From an uncultured Treponema sp. (GTDB lineage Bacteria > Spirochaetota > Spirochaetia > Treponematales > Treponemataceae), in assembly GCF_946531015.1 (NCBI RefSeq), contig NZ_CAMNAL010000001.1: 64,000 nucleotides of DNA. One strand, written 5' to 3'. A model generated the notes under the pieces. It had not been told where the DNA came from. It searched no databases and was given only the letters and a program-made list of their open reading frames with translations. Positions 8,490 through 18,796 of the stretch are shown one piece after another; position 1 is the first letter of the stretch; each line of letters begins with the position of its first letter. A program made the translations under genes and the position numbers.

Positions 8490-9503
8490 TTACTTCCAGT
8501 TTTCTTCAACAAGATTTTTGAATTTTGCTTTTTCGCCGTCGTCAAGGAAGGAATCGTCGAAGCTGTTGATGACAATTTTTTTTAGGTCAGCCTTTGAAAA
8601 ATGCAGCTTTGAATAAAGGTTCCAGTATTCGTCCAAAAGCTCTGCCCCGAAGAAGATAGGATCATCAGTTGCGATTGTGACAGGGATTCCCTTATCGAAC
8701 ATTTCCCGAACAGGATGCTCGGCCATTTTCTTGACATATTTTTTGGTGAAGACATTGCTGGTCGGACAAACTTCAACCGGAATTTTGTTTTCGCTGATGT
8801 ATCTTACAAGCTCGGAATCCTGAACAGATGTAATTCCGTGTCCGATTCGCTCTGCGTGACAGATATTCAAGGCATCCCAAATTGACTCAGGCCCTACATC
8901 CTCGCCTGCATGAGCCACTGCATGATAATTGTCGGCAAGGGCTTTTTCGAAGACTGGGCCAAATTCTTTTGACGGACCTTTTGCCTCTGCTCCTCCAAGG
9001 CCAATTCCGATGAAGCCTGCAAATGGATGTTCCTTGAACATTTTGTAATTGTTTTCGGCATTTTCCAGCCCGAATGTGCGTGAAACATCTCCCATGAGCC
9101 AGATTGTTATTCCAGTCTCATCTTTTATTTTTTTAAGGTTTTTCTCGAAATTTTTTGTCATTTCACCGTAGTCAAAGCCTTTTTTGATGAATGCTGATGG
9201 AGCAAAGAAAGCCTCGCAGTGAACAATGCCGTTGCGAACGAGATAGTTTTTAAGGTCGTCGAAAATCAAATCAAAATCAGAGACTTCCGTAAATATATCC
9301 TGAACTTTAAGGAAGGCGGCTATAAAACCATTCAAATCAGAGTAAGAGAAAAGTTCTTTAATTTCACTGTCAGAAAATTCAACGCCGTTCTTTTTTTGAT
9401 ACAATTTTTTTATTGTCTCGCGGCTCATTACGGCTTCAATATGAATATGAAGTTCCGCCTTGGGTATTTTTCTGAAAAAATTGTAAAACTCTGATTTAGT
9501 CAT
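8490..9503 (-). CDS. add: Adenosine/adenine deaminase
   Basis: PKAELHIH, HAGE, RIGHG, VEVCPTSN, TDDP. Confidence 0.93.
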   Translation of the reverse strand: MTKSEFYNFFRKIPKAELHIHIEAVMSRETIKKLYQKKNGVEFSDSEIKELFSYSDLNGFIAAFLKVQDIFTEVSDFDLIFDDLKNYLVRNGIVHCEAFFAPSAFIKKGFDYGEMTKNFEKNLKKIKDETGITIWLMGDVSRTFGLENAENNYKMFKEHPFAGFIGIGLGGAEAKGPSKEFGPVFEKALADNYHAVAHAGEDVGPESIWDALNICHAERIGHGITSVQDSELVRYISENKIPVEVCPTSNVFTKKYVKKMAEHPVREMFDKGIPVTIATDDPIFFGAELLDEYWNLYSKLHFSKADLKKIVINSFDDSFLDDGEKAKFKNLVEENWK

Positions 9504-9574
9504 GCAAGCCTCTTTTTTTTGCCTTATAACATTCTAATCTAAATTTCGGCAAATTTCACGAAAAACTTAAAGTT

Positions 9575-11368
9575 TTACAATGCTTTTTCAAGCTCATTTA
9601 CAAGATTTGCGAAGACATCCAGGGCTGACTGAATCGGCTCGCTGGAAGACATGTCCACGCCCGCAAGTTTAAGGCTTTCAATTGGATAACGGCTGCCTCC
9701 ACTTTTTAGGAATTTGAAATAATCTTCCCGCTCGGCATCTCCCCCCTGAGTGACTCTTTTCGCAAGGGCCAGGGCTGCCGAAATTCCAGTCGCATATTTG
9801 TACACATAGAAAGCATTGTAAAAATGAGGAATTCGCAAGCCTTCCATGTCGCTCTCGGCCTCAAACTTCATTTCGCTTCCAAAGTAAAGCTGCAAAAGCT
9901 CCCGGTAAATTTTTCGCAAAACTTGGGCAGAAAGTGGCGTTCCGGCTTCTACAAGCTCGTGTGCCTTAAGCTCAAACTCAGCGAACATGGTCTGACGATG
10001 AAGAGTCGCAAGAATGTCATCGACCCGCATCGAAAGAAGATAGGCTTTCATTTCAGGATTTTTTGCTTCTTTTAGCAAATATTCAAAAACCAGCTCCTCA
10101 TTGAAAGTTGAGGCGACTTCAGCCTCGAAAATCGTGTAGTTGTAGCACATGAAGGGATTATTGGTCTTTGAGTAGTAGGAATGCATTGAGTGACCGCCCT
10201 CGTGTGCCATAGTAAACAGATCCCGGATTGAATCACTTTTGTAGTTAAGGAGAATGTAGGGATAGCCTGTGTATGCCCCGGAAGAAAAAGCTCCGCTTCG
10301 TTTGCCTTTGTTTTCGTAGCGGTCAACCCAGCCGCCTTTAAGTCCCTGACAGAGGATGTCGGTATAAGACTTGCCGAGAGGACTGAGAGCCTTGCGGCAA
10401 ATTTCCACGGCTTCGTCATAGCTTGTCTTGCACTCCATGTTTTTGACCAGGGGGACATAGACATCATAATGACGCAATTCTTCCACGCCCAGGACTTTTT
10501 TTCGCAAAGAATAATATTTGTGCAGGGTCGGAAGATTTTTGTGAACGGTGTCGATAAGGTTACGGTAAACTGACTCAGGAACTTTGTTTCCGTAAAGAGC
10601 TGCTTCCAGTGATGATTTGTAACCCCTTGCCCTTGAAATGAAAATATCCTGATTTACGCTTCCCGCATAGAGGGTCGCCAGAGTGTTTTCGTGCTTTACG
10701 AAAGAGTCATAAAAATTCTTGTAGGCCTCTTCGCGGATTTTTCGATCTGGATTGTGAAGGTAAAGAGTGAAAGTGCTTTGAGTAAGAGGTTTTTCCTCGC
10801 CATTCACATGAACGCTTCCAAATTGCAGGTCAACATTCGTCAAAAGTGAAAAAACATTCTGTGCTGTTTCAGAACTTTCGGCCTGCAGGGAAAGGATTCT
10901 CTCTTCTTTTTCGCTCAAGATATAGGGCTTGTGATGCAGCTCTTTCTGCAGGAAGATTTTATAATCAGCGAATTCAGGAAGATTCATCCAAGAATTGATT
11001 TTTTCGTCTGGAATAGCCATGAGTTCAGGAGAAAAGAATGATGTTGCACTCTCGCTGGCGGCATAGGCCATCATTGCCCGACCGTCCCTGTCCTGGGCTG
11101 CAGAATCGCCTTCGTCGGCCGTATGCTGAAGGGAGGCATAGTTGTAGACAGTCTCAATGACCTTTTCCAGAGCCTCATTAGCCTTGAGCGCTCCAAGCAG
11201 AGAGTCGGAAGAAAGAGCCAGTTTGCCCTTAAAAGCGACTACATTCTCTGTAAGCTGCTTAATAGAGGCAAGGGCCTTTTCCCAGTCTTCATCAGATTTA
11301 TATAAAGTTGACAGGTCCCACTTATCGCTTGCAGGGACATCTTTTCGTTCAGGAATCGTATTAGCCAT
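9575..11368 (-). CDS. pepF: Oligoendopeptidase F (M3B)
   Basis: KWDLSTLY, GKRSGAFS, HEGGHSMH, FEAEVAST, HFY..FYVYKYATG. Confidence 0.95.
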   Translation of the reverse strand: MANTIPERKDVPASDKWDLSTLYKSDEDWEKALASIKQLTENVVAFKGKLALSSDSLLGALKANEALEKVIETVYNYASLQHTADEGDSAAQDRDGRAMMAYAASESATSFFSPELMAIPDEKINSWMNLPEFADYKIFLQKELHHKPYILSEKEERILSLQAESSETAQNVFSLLTNVDLQFGSVHVNGEEKPLTQSTFTLYLHNPDRKIREEAYKNFYDSFVKHENTLATLYAGSVNQDIFISRARGYKSSLEAALYGNKVPESVYRNLIDTVHKNLPTLHKYYSLRKKVLGVEELRHYDVYVPLVKNMECKTSYDEAVEICRKALSPLGKSYTDILCQGLKGGWVDRYENKGKRSGAFSSGAYTGYPYILLNYKSDSIRDLFTMAHEGGHSMHSYYSKTNNPFMCYNYTIFEAEVASTFNEELVFEYLLKEAKNPEMKAYLLSMRVDDILATLHRQTMFAEFELKAHELVEAGTPLSAQVLRKIYRELLQLYFGSEMKFEAESDMEGLRIPHFYNAFYVYKYATGISAALALAKRVTQGGDAEREDYFKFLKSGGSRYPIESLKLAGVDMSSSEPIQSALDVFANLVNELEKAL

Positions 11369-11419
11369 GATAGAATTATACAATATTTGATAAGAATTGA
11401 ATACACGGAAGGAATTCTT

Positions 11420-13057
11420 TTATCTCTCGTAGCTTGAATTAATGTTCAGCTGACTTCGGTATTTGGCCACGGTGCGGCGTGCGACTTTTATGCCTTTTTG
11501 GGCAAGTATGTCCGAGATTTTCTGATCTGAAAGGGCTTTTTTGTCATTTTTATGCTCTTCCAGAATCTGCTCTATTTCGTATTTGACGGCTTCTTTTGAA
11601 AGAACAGAATTTTCCCCGTCTGAAGGCGAGTCTTTTGATGGTAGGGCCTTGCTTTTCTTTGAGTCATTTTTTTCGTCTTCTGACTCAACCTTCGTTTTTG
11701 CAGTGCCAATTGCATTGGTGAAAAAGTAGCCAATCGGAAAAATTCCCCATTCACAAGCCAGATATTTAGAATTTGCCATGCGGGAAATTGTCGCTTCGTG
11801 CAAGCCCAGTTTTTCAGCAATGTCCTTCTGTCGAAGAGGAGCCAGATAACGGCTTCCCTTTCTGAAAAAATTGATTTGTGCGGAGACTATTTCCTGAGCC
11901 GCCTTTAAGACGGTGCTTTCCCGATAGAGGACGCTTTCAATGAAAACCTTTGCCTCATTCACGCTGTTTCTGGCGAATTTCAGCTCAGCCCTTTTGCGTT
12001 CGGCTTGTTCTCCATTGTCCCCTTCCTTTATTTCCGCAGATTTTATGAGGGAAGAATATTCTTTTGAAATTTCAAGCTTCGGAAGGAATTCCCGAGCAAA
12101 GGTGACGACAAATTCAGGCTCGGCTTCCTGCATTGAATCAGAGGGCAAGTCTGAGCTAAATCCTTCATTTCGCCTTACAATCACATCAGGGGAGACATAA
12201 TTTGTGGTGGTGCTTCCGAAATTTCGGGCGGGATAGGGGTCAAGGCCACGGATAAAATTTAGCGAATCTTCAATTTCTTCTATTGAATAATCATTTTTTT
12301 CGAGTTGCTTTTCATTTTCCCCGGTGAATTTAAGTTTTTTTTGCCCCAATAGATAGTCAGCAATTTTTTTTTGGATTTTGGCAGGCTGCGGTGGATTAAG
12401 CAAGTCAAAATGCTCCTGCTTTTCCAGAAAAAAGAGGGTCAGACGACTCGCATTCCCAGAAATTTTTGCCTGAACCAAAAGGCTTTCAAGATAATTGTTG
12501 GTGCAAGTTCCAAGCGGGTCGAGGTGCTGAACCAGGCAAAGGCATTTATTCAGGAATTCTTCGTTATGAAGGGGATTTTCTCCGTCCAAAAATGAAATAG
12601 GTGCCAGAATGTGAAAGCCCTTTTCGTCAAGATTGTAAATGAGTTTGAGGCAGAGGGCTTTTTCCTCATCAGACAGCTTCATTGCGTTAAGCTGATGCTC
12701 CAAATGGTCAGTCAGAGCCTCCCTTTCGTCTGCATTGCTCTCTAGCGCAGCCTGAAAATTGTCGCTGGCTTCACTTCCACTTGCAGAAGCCGAGCCATAA
12801 TGGGTATTGTCCGAAAAGCGGGATGAAGCTGAGACTTCCGCTCGTGAAGATTTTACCCCGCTTTCAAGAGAATCTGACTTTATTTCCAGGGCAGGATTTT
12901 TGGCCGCATAAGAATAAATTTCATTTCGCAGGTCAGCGGAAGACATGGCAAGCAGATTGAGCGACATTATCTGAGTCTGGCTCATTTTCTGAACCTGACT
13001 CTGTGACATTATCTGAGAAGTGCGCTGCTGAAAAGACATCTGCGGAAAATCGGACAT
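11420..13057 (-). CDS. rpoN: RNA polymerase sigma-54 factor
   Basis: Q-rich N-terminus, HEATISR helix-turn-helix, RpoN box VARRTVAKYR. Start uncertain (13039-13084). Confidence 0.95.
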   Translation of the reverse strand: MSDFPQMSFQQRTSQIMSQSQVQKMSQTQIMSLNLLAMSSADLRNEIYSYAAKNPALEIKSDSLESGVKSSRAEVSASSRFSDNTHYGSASASGSEASDNFQAALESNADEREALTDHLEHQLNAMKLSDEEKALCLKLIYNLDEKGFHILAPISFLDGENPLHNEEFLNKCLCLVQHLDPLGTCTNNYLESLLVQAKISGNASRLTLFFLEKQEHFDLLNPPQPAKIQKKIADYLLGQKKLKFTGENEKQLEKNDYSIEEIEDSLNFIRGLDPYPARNFGSTTTNYVSPDVIVRRNEGFSSDLPSDSMQEAEPEFVVTFAREFLPKLEISKEYSSLIKSAEIKEGDNGEQAERKRAELKFARNSVNEAKVFIESVLYRESTVLKAAQEIVSAQINFFRKGSRYLAPLRQKDIAEKLGLHEATISRMANSKYLACEWGIFPIGYFFTNAIGTAKTKVESEDEKNDSKKSKALPSKDSPSDGENSVLSKEAVKYEIEQILEEHKNDKKALSDQKISDILAQKGIKVARRTVAKYRSQLNINSSYER

Positions 13058-13105
13058 GATTTTATTATACATCACTTTTTCCACAAAGCAAAATAGCTAT
13101 TTTAT

Positions 13106-13319
13106 CAGGGGCTCCGCATTATAAACCGTTCTGTCTAAAAAATGGCTCCCAGTCGAAAAACGGCTTATCGGGACCGCAGGCTAGCCTGCTACATGCGTTT
13201 TGTGCTTGTAATTATATACATTTGCCGCTTCCGCGGCAGCACAAAACGAATGTTCCCGTAAGCCGTTTTACTCCTTCGCGCCATTTTTCCTGCAAATGCA
13301 ATATAATGCGGAGACCCTG
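13106..13319. mobile_element. MITE copy 2 (about 214 bp) with 10-bp target-site duplication
   Basis: TIR CAGGGGCTCCGCATTATA / TATAATGCGGAGACCCTG; GCTATTTTAT at both 13096-13105 and 13320-13329. Confidence 0.9.
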
Positions 13320-13397
13320 GCTATTTTATGCATTGGATCCACTTCGACTTCAGCGAGGGGGAGACTTCCGCCTCTTTCTGTGATATACTTTCCTATT

Positions 13398-14717
13398 ATG
13401 AAAACATTTTCCAACTACGGAGTGCAGATTCCAGAAATACTGCTTCCAAAAAAAATTGACTTAAAATCATGGTCTGTGATTGCCTGCGACCAGTACACAC
13501 AGGATAAAGAATATTGGGCAAAAGCCTCTCAGGCGGCAGGAACAAATCCATCCACCCTCAATTTGATTTTCCCTGAAGTCTACCTGAATGACGGTGACGG
13601 CGAAGAAAGAATCAAAAAAATCCACGAAACCATGAAAACTTACCTTGATTCAGGAATTTTTTCAGCTGGCGAAGAGTGCATTTACATTGAGCGAAAAACA
13701 GAATACGGCCGCACTCGAAAAGGCCTTGTCCTTGCCGTTGACCTTGAAAAATACGAATGGAAGCCGGACTCTAAAGCCTTGATCCGCGCAACTGAAGCCA
13801 CGGTTCCCGAGCGAATTCCTCCGAGAATGAAAATCCGTAATGGGGCTGCCCTGGAGCTTCCCCACATCATGCTTCTTGCAAATGATCCCAAAGACGAGCT
13901 CGTTGGAGGAGCCGGGAAACTTGCGAAAAGCTCAAGCCCCCTTTATGACGGCGAACTAATGCTAAACTCAGGCCACATTACAGGTTGGGCTGTAAAAGGC
14001 GACGAGGCAGAAAAAGTTCTTGAATCTGCCCTTTCTTCACTCGCAAAGGCCGGTACCGACAAAGACGGAAAGACTTTCCTTTTTGCCGTTGGCGACGGAA
14101 ACCATTCTCTTGCAACTGCAAAGGCTGTCTGGGACGAGCACAAAAAAACGCTGTCTGGCGAAGAACTTGAAACTTCACCAGTACGCTATGCCCTTGTTGA
14201 AATCGTAAACATTTATGATGAAGGCCTTACCTTTGAGCCTATTCACCGGGTTATATTCAATCAGGATGCCGGAAAGCTAATTCTCTTCATTGAAGAAAAA
14301 CTGGGCGGCCAAGTTAAGTCTTTCGCTTCAGAAAAAGAGCTTGAAGACTTCGTTGCAGACAAAAATGCAAAAGGAGCCAGATACGGCTTTATCACCACGG
14401 AGGGTGGCTCAGAAAAGCTCTGTGTCCTCGAAACTGAAATCACGGACCTGGCAATCGCTGCACTTCAGCCTGTTCTTGACGAATATCTGGATGCAAATTC
14501 AAAAGACAAAAAAAATGACATCGACTACATTCACGGAACGAGCGATGTCGTAAAGCTTGGTCACAAGGAAAATGCTCTTTCAATTCTCCTGCCGCCAATC
14601 GCAAAGGACAGCTTCTTTGCAACGATTAACGGCCGAGGCCCCTTGCCACGCAAGTCATTCAGCATGGGCGAGGCAAGCGAAAAGCGCTTCTATGTTGAAG
14701 CAAGAAAGTTGTTCTAA
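13398..14717 (+). CDS. DUF1015 family protein
   Basis: WSVIACDQYT, IRATEAT, GDGNHSLATAK, LPRKSFSMG. Start moved to MKTFS. Confidence 0.85.
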   Translation: MKTFSNYGVQIPEILLPKKIDLKSWSVIACDQYTQDKEYWAKASQAAGTNPSTLNLIFPEVYLNDGDGEERIKKIHETMKTYLDSGIFSAGEECIYIERKTEYGRTRKGLVLAVDLEKYEWKPDSKALIRATEATVPERIPPRMKIRNGAALELPHIMLLANDPKDELVGGAGKLAKSSSPLYDGELMLNSGHITGWAVKGDEAEKVLESALSSLAKAGTDKDGKTFLFAVGDGNHSLATAKAVWDEHKKTLSGEELETSPVRYALVEIVNIYDEGLTFEPIHRVIFNQDAGKLILFIEEKLGGQVKSFASEKELEDFVADKNAKGARYGFITTEGGSEKLCVLETEITDLAIAALQPVLDEYLDANSKDKKNDIDYIHGTSDVVKLGHKENALSILLPPIAKDSFFATINGRGPLPRKSFSMGEASEKRFYVEARKLF

Positions 14718-14721
14718 AATT

Positions 14722-14752
14722 TCACACTGAGGACAAAGCCTTCTCAGTGTGA
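14722..14752. terminator. Hairpin between convergent genes
   Basis: TCACACTGAG-N11-CTCAGTGTGA. Confidence 0.6.
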
Positions 14753-14760
14753 TTGCAGAC

Positions 14761-15921
14761 TCACAAGCCTCTTTTCCGCTCGTTTATGGCCATGCCGGTC
14801 TTAATAAAGCGGAAGAGACGGAGGGCACCATCGTAGTAGGCTTCCTTTGCATGGGCAAGGGCTTCTTCAAGGCTTATTGTGTCTACCACGGTTGGAAGCA
14901 TTGAGCAGATTCCGTGCTCAAAAATCTTATCGGCGTCTTTGCCCATGCTGCCAACCAGCGCAAGGGCAGGAACGCCTTTATTTTTGCACCTGTCCCCGAC
15001 CCCCTGTACGACCTTTCCAAAACATGACTGCCAGTCAGTGCGGCCTTCACCAGTCACGACAAAATCAACGCCATCAAGCTGGCTGTCAAAATCAGTCAAA
15101 TCCAGAACCGTTTCAATTCCGCTTTTTAGCTTTGCCTTCAGGAATACAAGAAGGGCAGCCCCCAGGCCTCCTGCGGCTCCGCTTCCTGCAATTTCATCAG
15201 GATTTATTCCGAATTTTTTGATAATGATGTCCCGGTAGTTTTGCATTCCCTTTTCGAGCCTGTCCTGAATTTCAGCCGTGGCTCCCTTCTGCCTTCCGAA
15301 AGTGTAGGTGGCTCCGTCTTTTCCGCAAAGGGGATTGGTGACATCGCACATAACCGTAAAAGAAGTTTTTGCAATTCTCTCATCCAGGCCACTTGTGTCG
15401 ATGTCGGCTATTTTCTCCAGGTCTGCGCCAATTCCAGAAAGTTCATGGCCGTCTGAATCCAAAAAACGCACGCCCAAAGCCTTCATGCACCCGATTCCGC
15501 CGTCATTGGTAGCAGACCCACCGATTGCAATTGAGATTTTCGTAAAGCCCTTGTCCAGCGCATCGCGAAGCAACTCACCAGTTCCGTAAGTCGTCGTATT
15601 TAGGGGATTGCGCTTTTCTGCTGGAACCATAGGCAGGCCTGAAGCCACCGCCATTTCCATGACAGCCTCACCCTTGCCCAGATCGCCGTAATAGGCTGAG
15701 GCTTTTTCCATAAGGGGGCCGTGAACTGTGAGATGGATTTTTTTACCGCTTCGGGCAGCAATTACGGCATCGGTTGTGCCTTCTCCGCCGTCAGCCACGG
15801 GAATGCTTTTGCAGACAACATCCTTTCCGAAGATTTCCCGAGCCGCCTTTTCCAGCATTTGCGCAGATTCTGTGCTGCTTATAGTTCCTTTAAAAGAATC
15901 AGATGCAAAAAGTAATTTCAT
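14761..15921 (-). CDS. Glycerate kinase (GlxK/GarK family)
   Basis: ASDSFKG, PVADGGEGT, GGSATNDGG, GAAGGLG, TGEGRTD. Confidence 0.93.
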   Translation of the reverse strand: MKLLFASDSFKGTISSTESAQMLEKAAREIFGKDVVCKSIPVADGGEGTTDAVIAARSGKKIHLTVHGPLMEKASAYYGDLGKGEAVMEMAVASGLPMVPAEKRNPLNTTTYGTGELLRDALDKGFTKISIAIGGSATNDGGIGCMKALGVRFLDSDGHELSGIGADLEKIADIDTSGLDERIAKTSFTVMCDVTNPLCGKDGATYTFGRQKGATAEIQDRLEKGMQNYRDIIIKKFGINPDEIAGSGAAGGLGAALLVFLKAKLKSGIETVLDLTDFDSQLDGVDFVVTGEGRTDWQSCFGKVVQGVGDRCKNKGVPALALVGSMGKDADKIFEHGICSMLPTVVDTISLEEALAHAKEAYYDGALRLFRFIKTGMAINERKRGL

Positions 15922-16004
15922 AGCCTGTAAAAAAGCGGTCAGACCTGCCAAAATCTTCTGACCGCCGAATTTCAGTAAGAAACGCCTGACAGGGGGCGAT
16001 TAAT

Positions 16005-17393
16005 TTACTTCAAAAAGAGTGACAAGATGCAGATTTCCAGCATGGCGGCAAGACCCAGAACAAGGGTGCCGACAGTCTGAGTCTTGTAACCACGATCCGG
16101 GGACATTGCGCCGAAGTTAGTGACGACCCAGAAGTAGCTGTCATTTGCATGAGAGACAGTCATTGCGCCGGCTCCAATTGCCATACAGGCGAGAACTGCA
16201 CGGACAGGTGAGCCAAGGCCAAGGACTGGAAGCAAGGGGGCGACGATACCGGCAGTTGTCGTGAGGGCAACTGTAGAAGAACCTTGGGCACTCTTTAGGA
16301 TTGCAGCAAGGACGAAGGGGAAGAAGATTCCCATCGTGCTCAATACAGTGGCATGTTCCTTGATGTAGTTTACCATGTCGCTTGAAGCGATTACCTTTCC
16401 GAGAACGCCGCCGGCGGCCGTTACAAAGAGAATTGGGCCGACAGTTTTGAGTGTCTCATTTGTCAGCTCGTAGAATTTGTCGATTTTTCCGGCAAGTTTA
16501 AGCTGAAGGATTGCAAAGAGGGCACCAACTGCAAGGGCGATAATCGGAGTTCCAAGGAATGTCAGGAGATTTGCACAAGCTCCGGTCATTTTTGCCATGG
16601 CAACGATAGAAGAAGCCGCCATGAGGATGATTGGAAGGATAATAGGGGCAAGAGCATTGCAGCCGTTAGGAAGCTTTCCGTAAGCCGCAACAAGCTCCTC
16701 GTAAGTTTTCGTGACTTCACCTGCGTCGGCCTCATCATCAGCCTTTACTTTCTTTCCGATGAAGTTTGCGTAAAGAAGACCTGCGATAATCGGGAAGAGT
16801 GAGCAGAGAACGCCAAGGCCGATGACAAGAAGGAGATTGTCGCCGATTCCCAGAGTAGAAGCTGCGGCAATCGGGCCTGGTGTCGGCGGAATGAAACAGT
16901 GGGCGATGAAAAGTCCGCTTGAAAGACCAACGGTCATTGCCACTGAAGATGCTCCGGTTCGGCTAACAAGTGCCTTTCGGATTGGATTAAGGATTACGAA
17001 GCCTGAGTCACAGAAAACCGGAATCGAGACAACCCAACCCATGAGTTCCATGGCGAGAACAGGTCGCTTTTTTCCGACCAGCTTAATGACGATGTCTGCC
17101 AGTTTTAGGGCAGCACCTGTAGCTTCCAGAATGCTTCCGATAAGGGCACCAAGAATGATTACGATACCGATGCTGGAGAATGTACCCGAGAAACCGGCTC
17201 CGATAATGCTGGCAATGCCCTGGACATTTTTTCCATTAATGGTGCGGTTGGTAATCGGAATGCCCGCAACCAGACCAAGCAGCAAGGAAATCGTCATAAT
17301 GGCGATAAAGGGATGAAGTTTCCATTTTGAGATGGCGACAATCATGAGTGCAATCGCCAGGACAAAAACAATAATTAGTGGAAAACCTGTCAT
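16005..17393 (-). CDS. GntP family sugar-acid permease
   Basis: PVFCDSGF, PPTPGP, AQGSSTVA, SHANDSYFW. Confidence 0.92.
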   Translation of the reverse strand: MTGFPLIIVFVLAIALMIVAISKWKLHPFIAIMTISLLLGLVAGIPITNRTINGKNVQGIASIIGAGFSGTFSSIGIVIILGALIGSILEATGAALKLADIVIKLVGKKRPVLAMELMGWVVSIPVFCDSGFVILNPIRKALVSRTGASSVAMTVGLSSGLFIAHCFIPPTPGPIAAASTLGIGDNLLLVIGLGVLCSLFPIIAGLLYANFIGKKVKADDEADAGEVTKTYEELVAAYGKLPNGCNALAPIILPIILMAASSIVAMAKMTGACANLLTFLGTPIIALAVGALFAILQLKLAGKIDKFYELTNETLKTVGPILFVTAAGGVLGKVIASSDMVNYIKEHATVLSTMGIFFPFVLAAILKSAQGSSTVALTTTAGIVAPLLPVLGLGSPVRAVLACMAIGAGAMTVSHANDSYFWVVTNFGAMSPDRGYKTQTVGTLVLGLAAMLEICILSLFLK

Positions 17394-17484
17394 AAAACCT
17401 CCTGTATCCGACGCATTTTCTTTGCAGCAAGAGCGGCGGACTTTTTTTTATAGTTTTATGATAGGTTTGAAATTTCCTCTTAGC

Positions 17485-17535
17485 AATGTACAAAAAACGC
17501 AAAAAAAGAGATTTTTTTGTATCAATGATACAAAT
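17485..17535. promoter_or_regulatory. Candidate CdaR operator upstream of the permease
   Basis: TTTGTATCAATGATACAAA palindrome (about 17516-17534) plus a related half-site TGTACAAAAAACGCAA. Confidence 0.4.
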
Positions 17536-17561
17536 TTTCGGTCAAAAGCCCACATTCAGTC

Positions 17562-18686
17562 TTATGTAAAGTTCCGCCTTACATACAAATACAGGCTTTC
17601 CATGAAGAAGCGGTCGCTGCTTTTTTCCAGCGGATTCAGGCCCAGGGTGTTCTTGATTTTTTTGAGCCGGTAAATCAAGGTGTTTTTGTGAACGCCCAGA
17701 AGTTTTGAGGCAGAGACAAGATTGTAATTTGAGCTTATGAGAACCTGGGCAACCTCAGAAAACTCAAGCAGAAAACGCTCGTCACACTTTTTTGCGTAGA
17801 CATTGAACATGTGCTGCAATTCTGACTGAGGGACAATCTCCGCAAGGTAAGAGTCGATTTTGTCATAAAAATAAGCGATTCGCTTTCTTGCTTTTGAATG
17901 TTCTTCAAGCCACTTGCAATGGCGGTAACTGTAATAATACTGGGAAAATGAAGTCTGAATGGAGCCTACATAGAAATTACAGTCGATTCCGTTAGCATCA
18001 ATGAGTTTTAACGGAGCCTTCAGATAGGCTTCCACTTCATCACGACCGGCATCTACAAGAAAATCTGCCTGAATCGTCTTAAAAATGAGAAGGTGGTTTT
18101 CATCAATGGCAAAACTGATGTCTTCGCTGGAGTGATTTTTGTTGGTCTTTATTATTCCTAAAAGACTTGTAGAATTTGTCTTTCTTACATGACAGAGAAT
18201 TGGAATTCGGTAAAGATTCTCGCTGTAGCCAAGGTCCTTTGCAAGACTGCGAAGTTCGTGGCTGTCCGCATGTTCAACTTGTGTCAAAAGACTAAAAAAA
18301 CGGTCTTTGCGGGTGAAACGCTGATGCTGGCTTTCCTGCTGGCGTTCATATTTCAGCATGGTCTCCACGGACATTTTCGTGATGAGGGCAACAGGCTTTA
18401 CTTTTTCTGGCTCCCCCGTAATTCCAACCACGCCTTCACGCTTTCCGTCCATGGTAATAACCATGTTTATGCCAGGCAACACCCCCGGATACTCATTTTC
18501 CGTGCTGGTGACAACCATGTCTTCCTTTCCCGTGACAATCCTGTAGGCAACCTCGTGAAAAGTCCCTACCCTCTCCGGGTTTCGGCTGGCGATTATAACA
18601 CCGTTCTCGTTCATGATGTTGATGTTGTAACCAGTGTAGTGCGTGACCTGCTCAATGAATTTCTGTGCGAAAGCGGCTTCAATCAT
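17562..18686 (-). CDS. CdaR family sugar-diacid transcriptional regulator
   Basis: NINIMNENGVIIAS...RVGTFHE; C-terminal VHKNTLIYRL helix-turn-helix; adjacent to glycerate kinase. Confidence 0.9.
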   Translation of the reverse strand: MIEAAFAQKFIEQVTHYTGYNINIMNENGVIIASRNPERVGTFHEVAYRIVTGKEDMVVTSTENEYPGVLPGINMVITMDGKREGVVGITGEPEKVKPVALITKMSVETMLKYERQQESQHQRFTRKDRFFSLLTQVEHADSHELRSLAKDLGYSENLYRIPILCHVRKTNSTSLLGIIKTNKNHSSEDISFAIDENHLLIFKTIQADFLVDAGRDEVEAYLKAPLKLIDANGIDCNFYVGSIQTSFSQYYYSYRHCKWLEEHSKARKRIAYFYDKIDSYLAEIVPQSELQHMFNVYAKKCDERFLLEFSEVAQVLISSNYNLVSASKLLGVHKNTLIYRLKKIKNTLGLNPLEKSSDRFFMESLYLYVRRNFT

Positions 18687-18796
18687 AAGAAAAATTGTAG
18701 CAAAGCTTTGTCACTTTCGCCACCTTTTTTTGCGCCGTAACCTCGACGCCAAGCCTTTTGCCGCTTCTGTCAAATTTAAAAGTCACTGTTCAGCCT

